Assembly: GCF_036321535.1 (NCBI RefSeq)
Contig: NC_087436.1
Coordinates: 68,388,001-68,452,000 of the forward strand
DNA length: 64,000 nt
Reading direction: 5' to 3'
Source: Camelus dromedarius
Lineage: Eukaryota
Positions 1-11,908 of this stretch are shown here, piece by piece. The notes under the pieces are model-generated. The model saw only the letters and a program-made list of their open reading frames with translations. It had not been told where the DNA came from and made no database searches. Position 1 is the first letter of the stretch; each line of letters begins with the position of its first letter. Both the position numbers and the translations under genes were made by a program.

Positions 1-24
1 ACTAAGTTGGGCCCTAAACAAATC

Positions 25-831
25 TGACTGGGTGTCCTACAATTCAACTCAATTATGACACTATCAACCCAGAGGTAGCATCAGATTCCACAGGTTAAGT
101 GCTTGGTCCTCCAAGATCCCCTCTCCCACTGCTGCACGCACACACGCACGTGCACGCACACACACACACACACACACACTTCAAACACCATTCACAAGTC
201 CAGTTGTCACCTGTGCTTCTGACTAACCAGCTGTACAGATCAGAAGTTCCAACTACTCCCTTCTAGGGTTCAATTAATTTGCTAGATTGGCTCACAGAAC
301 TCCAAAATATATTTTACTTACTAGATTACCAGTTTATTATAAAAGAATATAATTCAGGGACACCCAGATAGAAAAGATGCACAAGGCAAGGTAAGTGGAA
401 AGAGTCACAGAGCTTCCAAGCTCTCTGAGCACACCTCTCTCCCAGATCTCCACACATTCACCAACCTGGAAGCTCTCAAACTCCACCCTTTTGGGTTTTT
501 ATAGAGACTTCATTACATAGGCATGATTGATTAAATAACTGGCAACTGACTACTGATTCAACCTCCAGTTTCTCTCCCTTCCCTGGAGGCCAGGGGGGTT
601 GGATTAAAAGTTCCAACCCTCCAATAACATGGTTGTTTCTCCCTGGCAACCAGCCCCCATCCTTAGATGCTTTCCAAAAGTCACTACATTAACATAAACT
701 CAGGTGTGGCTAACAGGGATTTTTTATGAATATCAAGATAAAACTTTATCTCTCTTATCACTTAGGAAATTCCAAGGATTTTAGGGATGAAGACCACATA
801 CATATTTCTTATTATAAATCACAGCATCACA
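25..831 (-). mobile_element. MER21-like ERVL LTR
   Basis: Resembles recalled MER21 consensus throughout (ctgggtgtcctacaattcaactcaatt...gggttcaattaatttgctaga...ggcaaccagcccccatcc...tttcttattataaatcacagcatcaca); the right end is the reverse complement of the LTR TGTGAT start. Confidence 0.85.
132..179. repeat. imperfect (CA)n microsatellite inside MER21
   Basis: gcacgcacacacgcacgtgcacgcacacacacacacacacacacac. Confidence 0.9.
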
Positions 832-1035
832 CACATGCAACAAAGGAAAGGCCATGTGAGGACACAGTGAGAAGGTAGCCATCTACAAGCCGAGGAGAGA
901 GGCCTGAGGAGAAACCCAACAAGCTGATACCTTGAACTTAGACTTCCAGCCTCCAGAACTCCGAGAAAGTAAACTTCTATTGTTTAAGCCACCCAGCTTG
1001 AGGTATTGTTATCATAGCTCTGGCAAACCAATGCA
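832..1035 (+). mobile_element. MLT1 (MLT1A/B-like) MaLR LTR, 3' half
   Basis: ggccatgtgaggacacagtgagaagg...gacttccagcctccagaact...tgtttaagccacccag...gcaaaccaatgca; bases 1-38 look like the upstream part of the same LTR. Confidence 0.85.
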
Positions 1036-1050
1036 TTTACTACTTTACTG

Positions 1051-1130
1051 TTAGTATTTACTATTGGAAAAAATCCACATGTAAGTGGACCTGCATAGTT
1101 CAGGCCCATGTTGTTCAAAGGTCAACCGTA
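1051..1130 (+). mobile_element. Tigger2/MER8-like DNA transposon end
   Basis: tgtaagtggacctgcatagttcaggcccatgttgttcaaaggtcaaccg followed by TA, matching the Tigger2 terminal inverted repeat plus TA target site. Confidence 0.8.
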
Positions 1131-1620
1131 TTTCAATATTCTCATCACCCCAAGTCTTCACATTCCTTCCTCCACAGAATACTTGGCAAGTCAACTTTAT
1201 TTGGTGTTCACCAGCACTGAGGTCAGGGTTTAGTCAATCAACCAAGTAAAAGATAAGGGTTAACTGGTTCGAGATTAATGCTGTACAGCAGAATGACCTC
1301 CTGTAAGTTTCACAGAAAATGTCCATGGCCAAGCCCAGAAAGCTATTGATTCCGGTAAAATACTAAGTTGACACTTACAACTATTGGCTTATCATAATGC
1401 TGCCACTGTGAGACTTGGACCCCAACGCCTTGATCACATCAATGGAGAAGCTAGTGATCCTCTAAACCTGAATGCTCAAGCAGCAGATGATGGCCATTCA
1501 GAGTGTTAGAACAATTTCTATGTCCTTGAGCTGGCACACTGAGTTCAGACTCTAAGTCTCCCATATCCTTAAATTTAGCCCAGTATAAAGATATATTTTC
1601 TCCTCTCTTGTCTAGTGCAC

Positions 1621-1684
1621 TTAGTTTTACTATTGAAAACAGTTCACATGTAAGCGGACCTGCACAGTTCAAGCCCATGTTGTT
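1621..1684 (+). mobile_element. second Tigger2/MER8-like end fragment, truncated inside the TIR
   Basis: ttagttttactattgaaaacagttcacatgtaagcggacctgcacagttcaagcccatgttgtt aligns with 1051-1115. Confidence 0.75.
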
Positions 1685-2060
1685 GGGCTTGAAACTCACA
1701 CATGTTTCCCAGGCTTTTGTTGATAGCAATTCTTTTCATGTGTAAGCCTTTTCCTCTGGATCAGATGTTGTAATGCCCCTGAACTATACTGAGATTGACT
1801 TATGTCAAGGTGATGAGGAATGGCAGGGATGCTGTATGAGGAGCATTGACATGGCCTTTTAAGGTAATCGCCTCAGGAGAGATCATTACAAGTTGTCCAT
1901 TGAAAACAAGACCAGCCTCAGAGGCAGGAAGGAGAGGCTGGACCTGATGGCAAGTGAGGCACAGAGGAGCCTGGATGCTCAGACTACTCACATTCATTCA
2001 AGTCCACTCAAATGTCCCCCATTCCAATCTTAGTGTCCTGGTCTTTTGCAATCATTGCCT

Positions 2061-2132
2061 GAAAGGAAGGAAGGAAAGAAGGAAGAGAGAGAGAGAGAGA
2101 GAGAGAGAAAGAAGAAAGAAAGAAAGAAAGAA

Positions 2133-2204
<72 letters not shown>

Positions 2205-2434
2205 AAAGGAAGGAAGAAAAGAAAAGAAAGAAAGAAAAGGAAGGAAGGAAGGAAGAAAGAGAAAAGGAAGGAAGGAAGGAAGAAAAGGAAGGAAGGAAGG
2301 AAGAGAGAGAGAGAGAAAGGGAGAAAGGGAGGAAGGGAGGAAGGAAGAAAGGAAGAAAGGAAGGAAGGAAGGAAGAAAGGAAGGAAGGGAGAGAGAGAAA
2401 GAAAGAGAGGAAGGAAGAAAGAAAGGAAGAAAAA
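2061..2434. repeat. compound (GA)n/(GAAA)n/(GGAA)n purine-only tract
   Basis: 374 consecutive A/G bases; source of the K/R/E-rich ORFs 1954-2463 and 2046-2438. Confidence 0.98.
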
Positions 2435-2859
2435 CTAAGGAAAAAGACTTAGTAAAGCTGTAAATTCAAATTTTTTATAATTTAGCAATTCATAAGATCA
2501 GATTGCAGTTATATCAGCCTTCACTTTAAGAAATTTTCTTAGAGGAGCCACAGAAAATTCCCAATCACAACCATATGACCCCACAGTCTCTGCATTTCTT
2601 GTTCCTATCATAGGAGTCTCTGGTGGAAGCCCCTCAGTCTTCCAAAGACTGCGTTGCATAGGCACTATCCCTGGGGACCCAAGGTGATAAATCAAGGAAC
2701 TCTTGCCACTGAATGCCACCAACTTTCAAGGTCTAATTATCTGATAATACCAGAAATATCAGTACTTTTAAATGAAACCAAGTCAAATAACCAATCCAAA
2801 TTCCCATCAGTCAGAATTTAGTCCAAGAAACAGTATTGGAACTTAACACAGGGAATCGA

Positions 2860-3295
2860 TGTTTACAAAGCACTAATAAAAGCTGGAGTATCAGGAGTCA
2901 GAGTGATACCACTGGAAATTTTGAAGTTAGGAATGCAGTGCTGAAACTCCATCCAGGAATCAAGAAATTGCCACCTACACAACTCTCTCCTGACACTACA
3001 AAGAAAGCTCGTGACAAGACTCTGAAACACTGAACAAGGAACTACAGCTGCCTTCCGATACTCACACCTCCATGATCTCGCTTGCCAGCTGAAATGGTAC
3101 CAGGATTACCTCTGCCTCACTTCCACCTTCCAAATCTCTCTTGAGTATATGCTCCTGTCAGAACATAATTTTCTTCTGGAACCCCAGCTGCAACAGCGTG
3201 TTGAAAATGTATTTTTAACTTGCTAACGTGTGTAATACAGGAAGGCACATAAGAGTAAGCATGAGACTTCAGTGTCAATTGACTACAACTAGCAA
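2860..3295 (-). mobile_element. LTR33-like ERVL LTR, degenerate
   Basis: gcctcacttccaccttccaaatctc...ggaaccccagctgcaa...aaatgtattttt...tacaggaaggcaca resembles the reverse complement of recalled LTR33; left boundary uncertain. Confidence 0.55.
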
Positions 3296-3647
3296 AATTT
3301 CGACCACTCGGTTCTCCTGGGCATCCAGAAGTTCTCTTCAGTCCAGCAGGATAACTCCTGCTTTCTCCACAGTGCCAGCTGATCCCGGGCTACCCTGATA
3401 AGAACAGCTGTCTCAGATCTGAGGGTGCCTTACAAGTTAAGGGGTCACTGTTTCTTAATTGTTTCTCCTGTTCTCAAACATCTCTTTCCCAGCCTGCTTA
3501 CAACAGCCTCTTTTGGAAAAAAAAAAGGAGTACAGTCAACCCTTGACTGGCTCATAAAGTTGCTTTGATTTTGTATGCTAGCTTGCAAGCCTGAATTTGA
3601 GTGGTACTACATATTCTGTGTGTTACAGAAAAAAATTAGAAAGAGGC

Positions 3648-4057
3648 TATATCTGTTTCCTAGGGCTGCCACCACAAAGTACCACAAAATGGATGCCTTA
3701 AACAACAGAAACATATTTTCTCACAGTTCTGCAGGCTGGAAGTCCAAAATCTGGATGCCGGTGGTGTCATGCTAACCGCTGAGACACTGAGTAGAATCAG
3801 TCTTTGCCTTTTGTTGCCTTTAGGTGGTGGCCACCAATCCTTGACATCTGCCAGCTCAGAGCTTCATCACTCTGACCCCTGCTTCTGTCACCACATGGCA
3901 TCCTCCTTGTGAGCCAGCAATTCTTCTCCTCTTACAAGGGCCAACCCTAATCAGTGTGACCTCATCTTAAATCAATTACATCTGCAAAGGTCCTGTTTTC
4001 AAATAAGGCCACATTCATACCTGCCAAGGATTAGCAAACACAGTTCAACCCATGACA
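3648..4057 (-). mobile_element. MLT1C-like MaLR LTR
   Basis: gtttcctagggctgcc...ttaaacaacagaaa...ctcacagttctgcaggctggaagtccaaaatc...attacatctgcaaag...cagttcaacccatgaca. Confidence 0.85.
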
Positions 4058-4499
4058 GAGGCAAAATGTAAGACTCACACCAAGAGTCAGAATAATTAGC
4101 AGCATGAACTTTCCTAGAGAATTTCAAGAAAAATGGCAGATGATGGTATGTCATAGCTTCAGGTGTGATCAAAGGCTTCAGTTTCTTACATTCATATAAG
4201 CAAGCATACAAATAAAAAACACAGGTGTAAAAGATGTCAAAATTGTAAACTGATTTAAGGAGATATTATTACTAGGGGAAAAAAGAAATCCTTATCTAGA
4301 TAATATAACCCTTCTCACAGCACTAATTTTATCCAAGTTAAATATAAAAATTCCTCTAAAAAGAGGCTGATCAATTGTGTAAATGTGAACATCATAAAAT
4401 AAGATTTTAATTATTATACTTGTGTACAGATTTTTTGTTAATTTCCTAGCTTCCAAATCTAACCCTTCATTTTGACATACTAACAAAGATACAAGGTCT

Positions 4500-5560
4500 G
4501 TGATTCATGTATGCACTCGATAGATATTTATTGACCACCTACTACGTGCCAAGTGTTGGATGCTAAGGATTCAAGTTTAAGTAAAGTACAGTCTCCACTC
4601 CCAAGACAACTCTCGACAGTCTAGGAGGAAGACTAAGTGAGTCAACGGACTAACAGAGGGCCAAATTATAAACACTACACAGATGTTAAGCACCAGGTGA
4701 TAGGAGATCAAGAGAATAGCTAAATAACCCAAGCTGGAGGAGGGGTAGTCAGGAAAATCTTTACACCCAGAGGAAGCAGTTCTAGAACTGAATTATAAAG
4801 AGTGCAAGAGAGTTGGCAAAGGTGTTTTAGGCAAAGGAAACAATACATGTAGACACCAGGGTGAGAGAGCATAGCACATTCCAGGAACTGTGAGAAGTTC
4901 AGCATGGATTTAAATGAGAAGTGGGGATGGCAGGGGGCAGGGGTGGGGAGGGCAGAGAGTAGTTATTGCTAAAGCAAATTATGAACAGCCTCTATGATAA
5001 GGGCAATGGAGAATGTGGTAAACCTAACCAGTATTCACCAATATTCGTTCTCCTTTCCCCTGAGCACATGAAAGAACATACTTCTCATACCTTAGCGTTA
5101 AAGGGGATGGAGTGGGTGTCCATATGACTAGTCCTGACCAATGGGCTATGACAGGGTGATATATATCATTTCTGTTCCGAAGCATAGAAACAGTGTGGCA
5201 TCTTCACGTGCTCTTTGCTCTGGCTGTAGCAACCAGTGATATCTACGTGACAGAGCCTCTGCCAGCCTGGATCCTTGAGCAACTGTAAGGCAGAGCATCT
5301 ACCCCAAACTCCTGAACCACAGGGAACATGCAGAATGAATATGACTTAAACCTTTATTCTGTAAAGCCACTGAGATTTTCAGTTAATTTGCTAACACAGC
5401 ATAACCTGGCATTAACCTAAGAGAGAATACAGCTGCAGGAAAACTGAATCAGGAGGATCGCTTAATAAGACTCGTATTTTAGAAAGATCACATTGGTTAT
5501 GAAGTAGAATTTAGACCAGTGGGGCCAAGGTTGGATACAGGGAGACAAATTAAAGGCTGT
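4500..5560 (-). mobile_element. L2 3' region, interrupted by MLT1 at about 5014-5431
   Basis: tatttattgaccacctactacgtgccaag (L2 tail, reverse), gagagagcatagcacattccaggaactg, and resumption tttagaaagatcacattgg after the LTR. Confidence 0.7.
5014..5431 (+). mobile_element. old MLT1 (MLT1I/J-like) LTR
   Basis: TGTGG start, catatgactagtcctgaccaatggg, cagcctggatccttgag, aaacctttattctgtaaagccactgagatttt, aataca end. Confidence 0.75.
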
Positions 5561-7102
5561 CCCAAAAATTTGGAGTCAGTGGGTGCTGTCTCCCACGTTA
5601 GCCTAATTTACCTCCTTCCTACTAAACCTTAGGATACCAAATATTAGGTAATCCCAGACCACAGCACGACAAATAAGGCTTCCTTGGGCCCAGCCCTCTT
5701 CCAGAATCACTGCATGTAGAGATTCCCTGACAAACTCTTGTCCTCGGGCACAGAGCCTAAGATTAGTAAGTTAAAAGTCTGGATCTCCAGTTAGGAGGAG
5801 AAAATCTCTGCTAGTAGAAAAAGGACATATGACAACTTGCCCTAAATTACTCTGAAAATCCCATCCTTTGTGCAGCACTTACTCTGAACATGTAGCATTC
5901 TGAAATTCAGAACAGAAGAACCAGAGGAAAGAAAGCCCTCAGGTACCATTCACTGTCTGCCTATCCGTAAACTGTTAAAAAATCTGGCCAATTTCCCTGA
6001 GCATCTCATGAAACATAAAGAAGATACTGACTGTACTCTAGAAACCAATATAAAATGATCGATATGTTTGGGTGTTTCGTGCTAACAAATAATAAAAGTG
6101 CACCACAGTGACAACCCACATAGTTGCTAAACCAGCTGGAAATAGGATCTATTTGGAGATAACTCTAGTCTGGGATTTGGATCTCCAGGCTACTTGGCTA
6201 GTATGATGGTGAGTCCCTTAGTGACCTTGGGCAAGCCACCCACCTTCAAGGTCTCATCTCCCTTCACTAACGTAACAATGAGAAGATTACTTTCCCCTCT
6301 GAGATCTCACATGAGAGGTTGTAACAGAAGCATTTATTAAGCATTTTGGATCTCTTTCATACACGAAGCCTGAAGTTCAAAGCAGTTTCATATATGCCCG
6401 GACAGGGACCCATAAATGCATTTGGTCTCTACCAAGGGATAACTCTGCCATGTGTTACTGTTGAGAAATGAAGGACTTGTATTAAAAATGCATAATTTAA
6501 TCAAGAAAAACCACTAATCAGTAGGAAATATGCAACCTTGATGTTATGGGATTTTTTTTTAATGCTCATGTTATTAGGGCTGCCATAATTTCTCATGAAT
6601 CTATTGAAATGAAAATTAATGGAAAGGAGAAGTTTTGAAAGATAAAATAGGACCAAACCATCAGATCCCCTCAGGAGAGTCTGGCCCTCCTTGGAGGCAA
6701 AGGCAGAGAAGTAAAAGCAGCATGACAGCCACCAAGACTGATAACTGTTTCTTTATCCAGCTGAAATTTACAAATTTGCAAGCTAAGTTTCCCACTCCAT
6801 GTGGCCGTTCTACGGAACTGGGGCGTATACAGGGGCAGACTATAAAGGCCATCTGTAATACAGCCTCAGTTTGTCATGCCCTATCTGACTTCTGTGTAAC
6901 TGGTGAAATCCCTGAAACTTCTAAGTGATCTCAAGCCTTCCCATGGGTCAATAATTAGGTACAATCTTCCAAACAAGACTTTATGAGATGCAGCAGGGAG
7001 TCCTGTTTGAATCCTATTCAGCCATAAGCAAACACATTTGACAATTTCATTAGAACGTCACTGGCAGGAGAACTGTTTAGAGGCTTAGGGCTGTGGCAAG
7101 TG

Positions 7103-7104
<2 letters not shown>

Positions 7105-7144
<40 letters not shown>
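7105..7144. repeat. (GT)n microsatellite, about 20 units
   Basis: Direct reading. Confidence 0.97.
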
Positions 7145-7145
<1 letters not shown>

Positions 7146-7708
7146 TTTCTCCTTTGTATTGTGTCTCGCTGGGAGGAAATGCAGAGTAGAAAAGGCAGAA
7201 AACTGGAAGAACAAAATGGTGTCCCGCTAGTTTTAGTCCAGCCTCAGCAGGAACCACCCAGACAGTCACTGCAGATTCAGAGCCCAGGGAAGTGGGGCTG
7301 GAGGAAAATGACCCTGGCAGCTGTCGAGCAGGATTGATTTGAGGAAGGGGGAACACAATTCAGTCCATAGCAGCTCTCCAGTTTTTGAAGAACAAAACAA
7401 CTTAAGAGCTGTAAATTTGAAAAGCCCACTTACCACGATAACTCTCCTAAAGCAGCACTGATGAAAGCAGCTGTGTGAGCTTTCGTTAGCTGCATATGCA
7501 GAGCTTCTGTAAGATCTACCTCATGGCCAATTTAGTCTCCCCAAGGGAGAATCAGGATGGTTCTGGAACATTTAGTTGCCCTTTGTGTGACTCAATAGCA
7601 CTTACTGAGTGCCTGCAGTGTGTGAGTTCCAGGCACTAAGAAAACAGCGGAAAATGAGCTGCAATGCAACCCTTCAAACTCAGAAACTATTCTTCACCAC
7701 TAAAGCTC

Positions 7709-7736
7709 AAAAAAAAAAAAAAAAAAAAAAAAAAAA
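7709..7736. repeat. poly(A) run, 28 nt
   Basis: Direct reading; lies within or next to an L2-like fragment at about 7590-7700. Confidence 0.95.
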
Positions 7737-8884
7737 CAAAACCTGTCTAGGAGAATGAAAAAGAGAAAGAGTGATGGGAGCAGATGGGCAAAAGAAGTGT
7801 ATGTGCCCCGGTGGGAGGGATGAAACAAGGAAAGAGTAACAGGGGGTGCTTGATAGAAAAGTGGGGCTTCTAGTGGAAAAATGAGGCATTTTCACAGCTT
7901 GCTAATTGATGATCCCAATGTTAACAATTCATTGTAAATGTTGTTTTCTACCCCTGCTCTGAAAGGTGATGAAAACATACAAAAGAGTATCTTGCTTTTT
8001 AAAAAATCTCTGAGCTACCAAGGTTTACATTCGGCTGGACATTCTTTGTGGTCCAGTGGGTATTCTGTGCATTGGTCCACAGGGCCGTACTCTTCCGAAA
8101 GCTACAAGGGACTTCACTGATGTGGCTGATATACTCTGGCTTCCACCTTTCTATTATGGATACTTATGAATGCGATTTTTGTTAACTGTGCAGGTTTGTT
8201 GGCAGAAGCAGAAATTATTCTAAGAATCATAATTCTATTCTCACTTGATAATCTTTCTATTTCCAGGACACAAGTTACTAGAATTATATTGCCTGTGTGG
8301 TCCCAATTCATCCCAGCTCTTCTGGGAGAGGTGGAACTGTGTATCTCAGCCTGGATTCCAGAATTAGGAAAACAATTGACTTTCTCCACCTAAGTGCATG
8401 GTAAATGAGACAATGCTAATGACTACTTAACGATTTTTTTTAATGTATTACACTGGCAGTGTATAACTCTGGAAGAAATTGGTGTAATGCCTTTGCCTGT
8501 ATTGCATTTTGCAAACCAGTAATAGAAAAAATTTATCTTATTGTATTCCACGTGGCAAATTTTTGTATTTCCTTTTCACTTTAAATCTTTCTGTATTCAT
8601 GTTTCATTTTGCCAATATTTAGGTCCTAGAGCAGAACACAGAATTATGCACCTACTAGCTGCATTAATATAAGATTTTTTTGGATAATCAAAGAAAATAT
8701 AACCCATATTGGTTAAACCTAACATATAACATAGTAATCTTTTTTTAATGTAAAATGTAGGTCAATATCTGTTGCAATTTACCCTTGATTTTCAAAATAC
8801 TTTTTCATTTCCCACCGAGGCTATGTTATCATTTCTCATGGTATTTTATGCCTCATGCAGAACTTCCCCATAGGAATCCTAGGG

Positions 8885-9000
8885 GGTGGAAATTATTCCT
8901 GTTTTATAGATGAGGTTCCTAGGACCTAGAGATGATAAATTTCATATCCAAGGTAACACAGCAATGAGTAGTAGAACTAGAACTAGACCCAATGTGACTA
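8885..9000 (-). mobile_element. MIR fragment
   Basis: attattcctgttttatagatgagg...atccaaggtaacacagc...agaactagaactagaccc. Confidence 0.7.
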
Positions 9001-9049
9001 AATTTAAAACATTTTGTCCTTGACTCCCTTCCTCCTCTCCCTCCTTCCT

Positions 9050-10470
9050 TTCTTAACATGCCCAAAACTAAACTTTCACTATTTCCAACCACAATCTGCT
9101 CACCGTACAGTCTTCTCCATCTCAGAATCAGGCCCAAAATCTTGGAGTCGGCTTGACTTCTCTCTTTCTCTCACACTGTCACAGAAAAATGTGTTACAGT
9201 TCAGTGTTACAGCTTGGTGTTACACTTCAGTTGTGACAGCAACCTGGAACCGGGCGAGAGACCAAACAGCACTCGGAGAGTTGGAGAACTCAGGTTTATT
9301 ATTCCAGCACGCCCAAAGGAGTTAACACTTCAAGCTCTGGACCCCATCTGTAGGTTTACACAGGCCTTTTATAGGCTGCCAGTTTTACACTTTGCAAAAT
9401 CATATGCAAATAAAGTATAACAGAAGTTGACCAACCAGGAACAAGCTTTGTAGAAACAGGCCAATCAGGAGTGAGAGAAATAACCAATCAGGAGTGAGGG
9501 GAATGGACCAATCAGGAGTGAGAGAAATAACCAATCAGGAGTGAAGGAAATAACCAATCAGAAATGAGCTCAGGGAACCAATAGAATTTTAGGTGTAAGT
9601 TAGCCGCTTTAGAGGCAAAGAGTGAGATAGAGCCTCTGGGCCAGGGAACCGGTAGGTGCTGGGAGGATAGCAGCGGCCCTGCCTAGGGGTCCTGCCAGTC
9701 TTTTTATGGGGCTTCCCACCTCAACACCACACACGTAATCCACTAGCAAATCTTATTAGCTCTACTTTCAAAATAGATACAGAATCCAACTAATTCTTAA
9801 ACCTCCTCTGCTGCCACCTGGTCCCTGTCACCATCACATCTTGTTAGCTGGTTGACACAGCCTCCTGACTAGCATCCCTGCTGGTGCCCTTGCCTTTCTT
9901 CCATCTATTGTCAAAAGAGCAGCCCAAACAACCCCTTTAAGACAGAAGTCAGTTCATGTAACTCCTCTGCTCAAAACCCTCAAACAACTTCCCATCTCAC
10001 TTAGAGCAAAGTCAAAAGTCCTTACAGAGACCTCAAGGCCCTGCACAATCCAGCACCCCAACCCTTTTCTGGCTTCATCTCTCTATGTGCCATCTTCTTT
10101 ACACTGGCCTACTTGCTCCTATTTCTCAAAGATGCCAGGGCCCTTGCTCTTGCTGGTCACTCTTCCTAAAATGTTCTTCCCATAGAAATCTGCATGACTC
10201 ACCTCCTCAGATCTTTCCTCAGATGCCACCTTCTTCATGAGGGCTTCTATACCACTCTCTCTGAAACTCACAACCATACACACGATCTTTCTCCTCCAGT
10301 TTAGTTTTCTCCTCAATTCCTGTCACTTATCTAACATACTATGTAGATTCAAATTCATCTTGTTGAAGATCTCCCTGTTGAGAATGTACCAGGTGCAGAG
10401 ATTTTTGTCTGTTTTGTTCATTGATGTGTCTACCAAGAATAATAGTAGAAACCTAGTAAATACTGTGGAA
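9050..10470 (+). mobile_element. L2a-like LINE 3' region, interrupted by the LTR at 9177-9723
   Basis: cttaacatgcccaaaactaaact, cttggagtcggcttgacttctctctttctctcacac | ccactagcaaatc, actcctctgctcaaaaccctc, ttttgtctgttttgttcattg; ends in a GA-rich tail. Confidence 0.85.
9177..9723 (-). mobile_element. ERV1-class solo LTR, relatively young
   Basis: TG...CA termini; perfect 4-bp TSD acac (9173-9176, 9724-9727); minus-strand TATAAAA (9367-9373) then AATAAA (9295-9300); tandem CCAAT repeats in U3. Confidence 0.9.
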
Positions 10471-11849
10471 GGAGACAGAGAGGAAGGAAGAAGAGAAGGA
10501 GGGAAGAAGGAAGGAAGGAACAAAGGGCAAGAAGGATTGTGAGGAACATTAAAGTACCAGTGCCCCAGTCATTGTGAAAACAGCAACTAGCTCCTTTTTG
10601 ACATTTAAGTCACAGGTGACATAAGCCTGCCCCCTTGCTTCCCAAGTAGATCTAAAGAAATAGAAACCGTCAGCCTCTAAGGAACAAGTGGATCCTCTTA
10701 ACTAAATGCACTTTTTAGATGCCCATATGAACCAATTAAAATATGAAGTGGTTCCAAAAGCTTTTATCTTAGATAACAAACTAGAAACAGCAGCCAACAC
10801 CCAAGCTGCCCCACGACCTCATGCCGTGTTAAGCATGATGCTGGCTCTAGATAAATGTTACATTGCAGCTATACCTCTTTTATTTCCCAAAACTAGGTTT
10901 TGATTTATCTTACTGCAGGTCTTGAGCGTCTGGAATTTTCCCAAATGAACTAAAATTCCTTCATCAGTAAAACCACTGCTCATTACCTGTGTTAATTTCA
11001 TCTCTTTCTCTGCCTTGGCTAACCCCATCTGTTGCAATTCCAGCTGTGAGGAGGGAGCAGAGCAAGAGACTGAGCAGACCTAACACAGAGGCACTGTGAG
11101 TTAGCAATAGCTCTGTCACAGGGAAAAAGGATATTTATAAGTCGCAGTGGACTAGGTGGTTAGACCCACCTAAAATAACTAGGGAAAATCCAGTCCTAGT
11201 GTTAATCATTCAGATTTTAAGTGTTCAGAGTTCATTATTTTAAAAGTTCATATTTATACAATATGAAAATGCCTGGTATAATTTACTGATAACTTCATTT
11301 TTATAAATAAATTTATTAACTAACACTCTACATTGTAAAAGCAGATCCTGCATCCAAGTGCCTATGATCTCATTCCCAACAGAAAGGTGTCAGAATCACA
11401 CACCACATTTCTAAGTATGGGTTTGCAGACCTTTAAGGAAATGGCCACATAATATGTCATATGGTAGATACTTAAGAAATGTTAGTTCCCTCCTAGTCCA
11501 AGCCTGGTGGAGCTCATCTGTACCCTGCAGACAAAGTGTCTCAGCAATTGCCTTGTTAAGAGAAGCCACACCTGGGGCTACATTCCTGCCCCCTGCTGCC
11601 TTCTGAGGCCTCTAGGGAGCTGCTAGAGCATTTTCTTCCGCTTAGAAGAGAATGATTCAGAATGATACTTCAGCAAGCTCCATTAGTATCTGGTAGACAA
11701 GGATATGATTTGTTTCCTGTTTGCCCCTCTCTAAAGGGGACGGCTGTGCACGTAAAGGAAGTAGATGCTCTTGCAAATTTGCTCCTTCTCTTAGGACAGA
11801 ATCTCTCTTTTTCTTTTTCTTTATCTTCTTCTTTCTCTTTCCCTTATTG

Positions 11850-11858
11850 TTCTCTCTT

Positions 11859-11902
<44 letters not shown>
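11850..11902. repeat. (CT)n microsatellite within a pyrimidine-rich tract (about 11802-11922)
   Basis: Direct reading. Confidence 0.95.

Positions 11903-11908
<6 letters not shown>

Noticed and set aside
1954..2463. 169-aa and 130-aa K/R/E-rich ORFs
   Set aside because: Translation of a purine-only microsatellite that cannot contain stop codons
9461..9582. CRISPR-like regularly spaced repeats
   Set aside because: Mammalian LTR tandem repeat of 23-24 bp with no unique spacers and no cas genes
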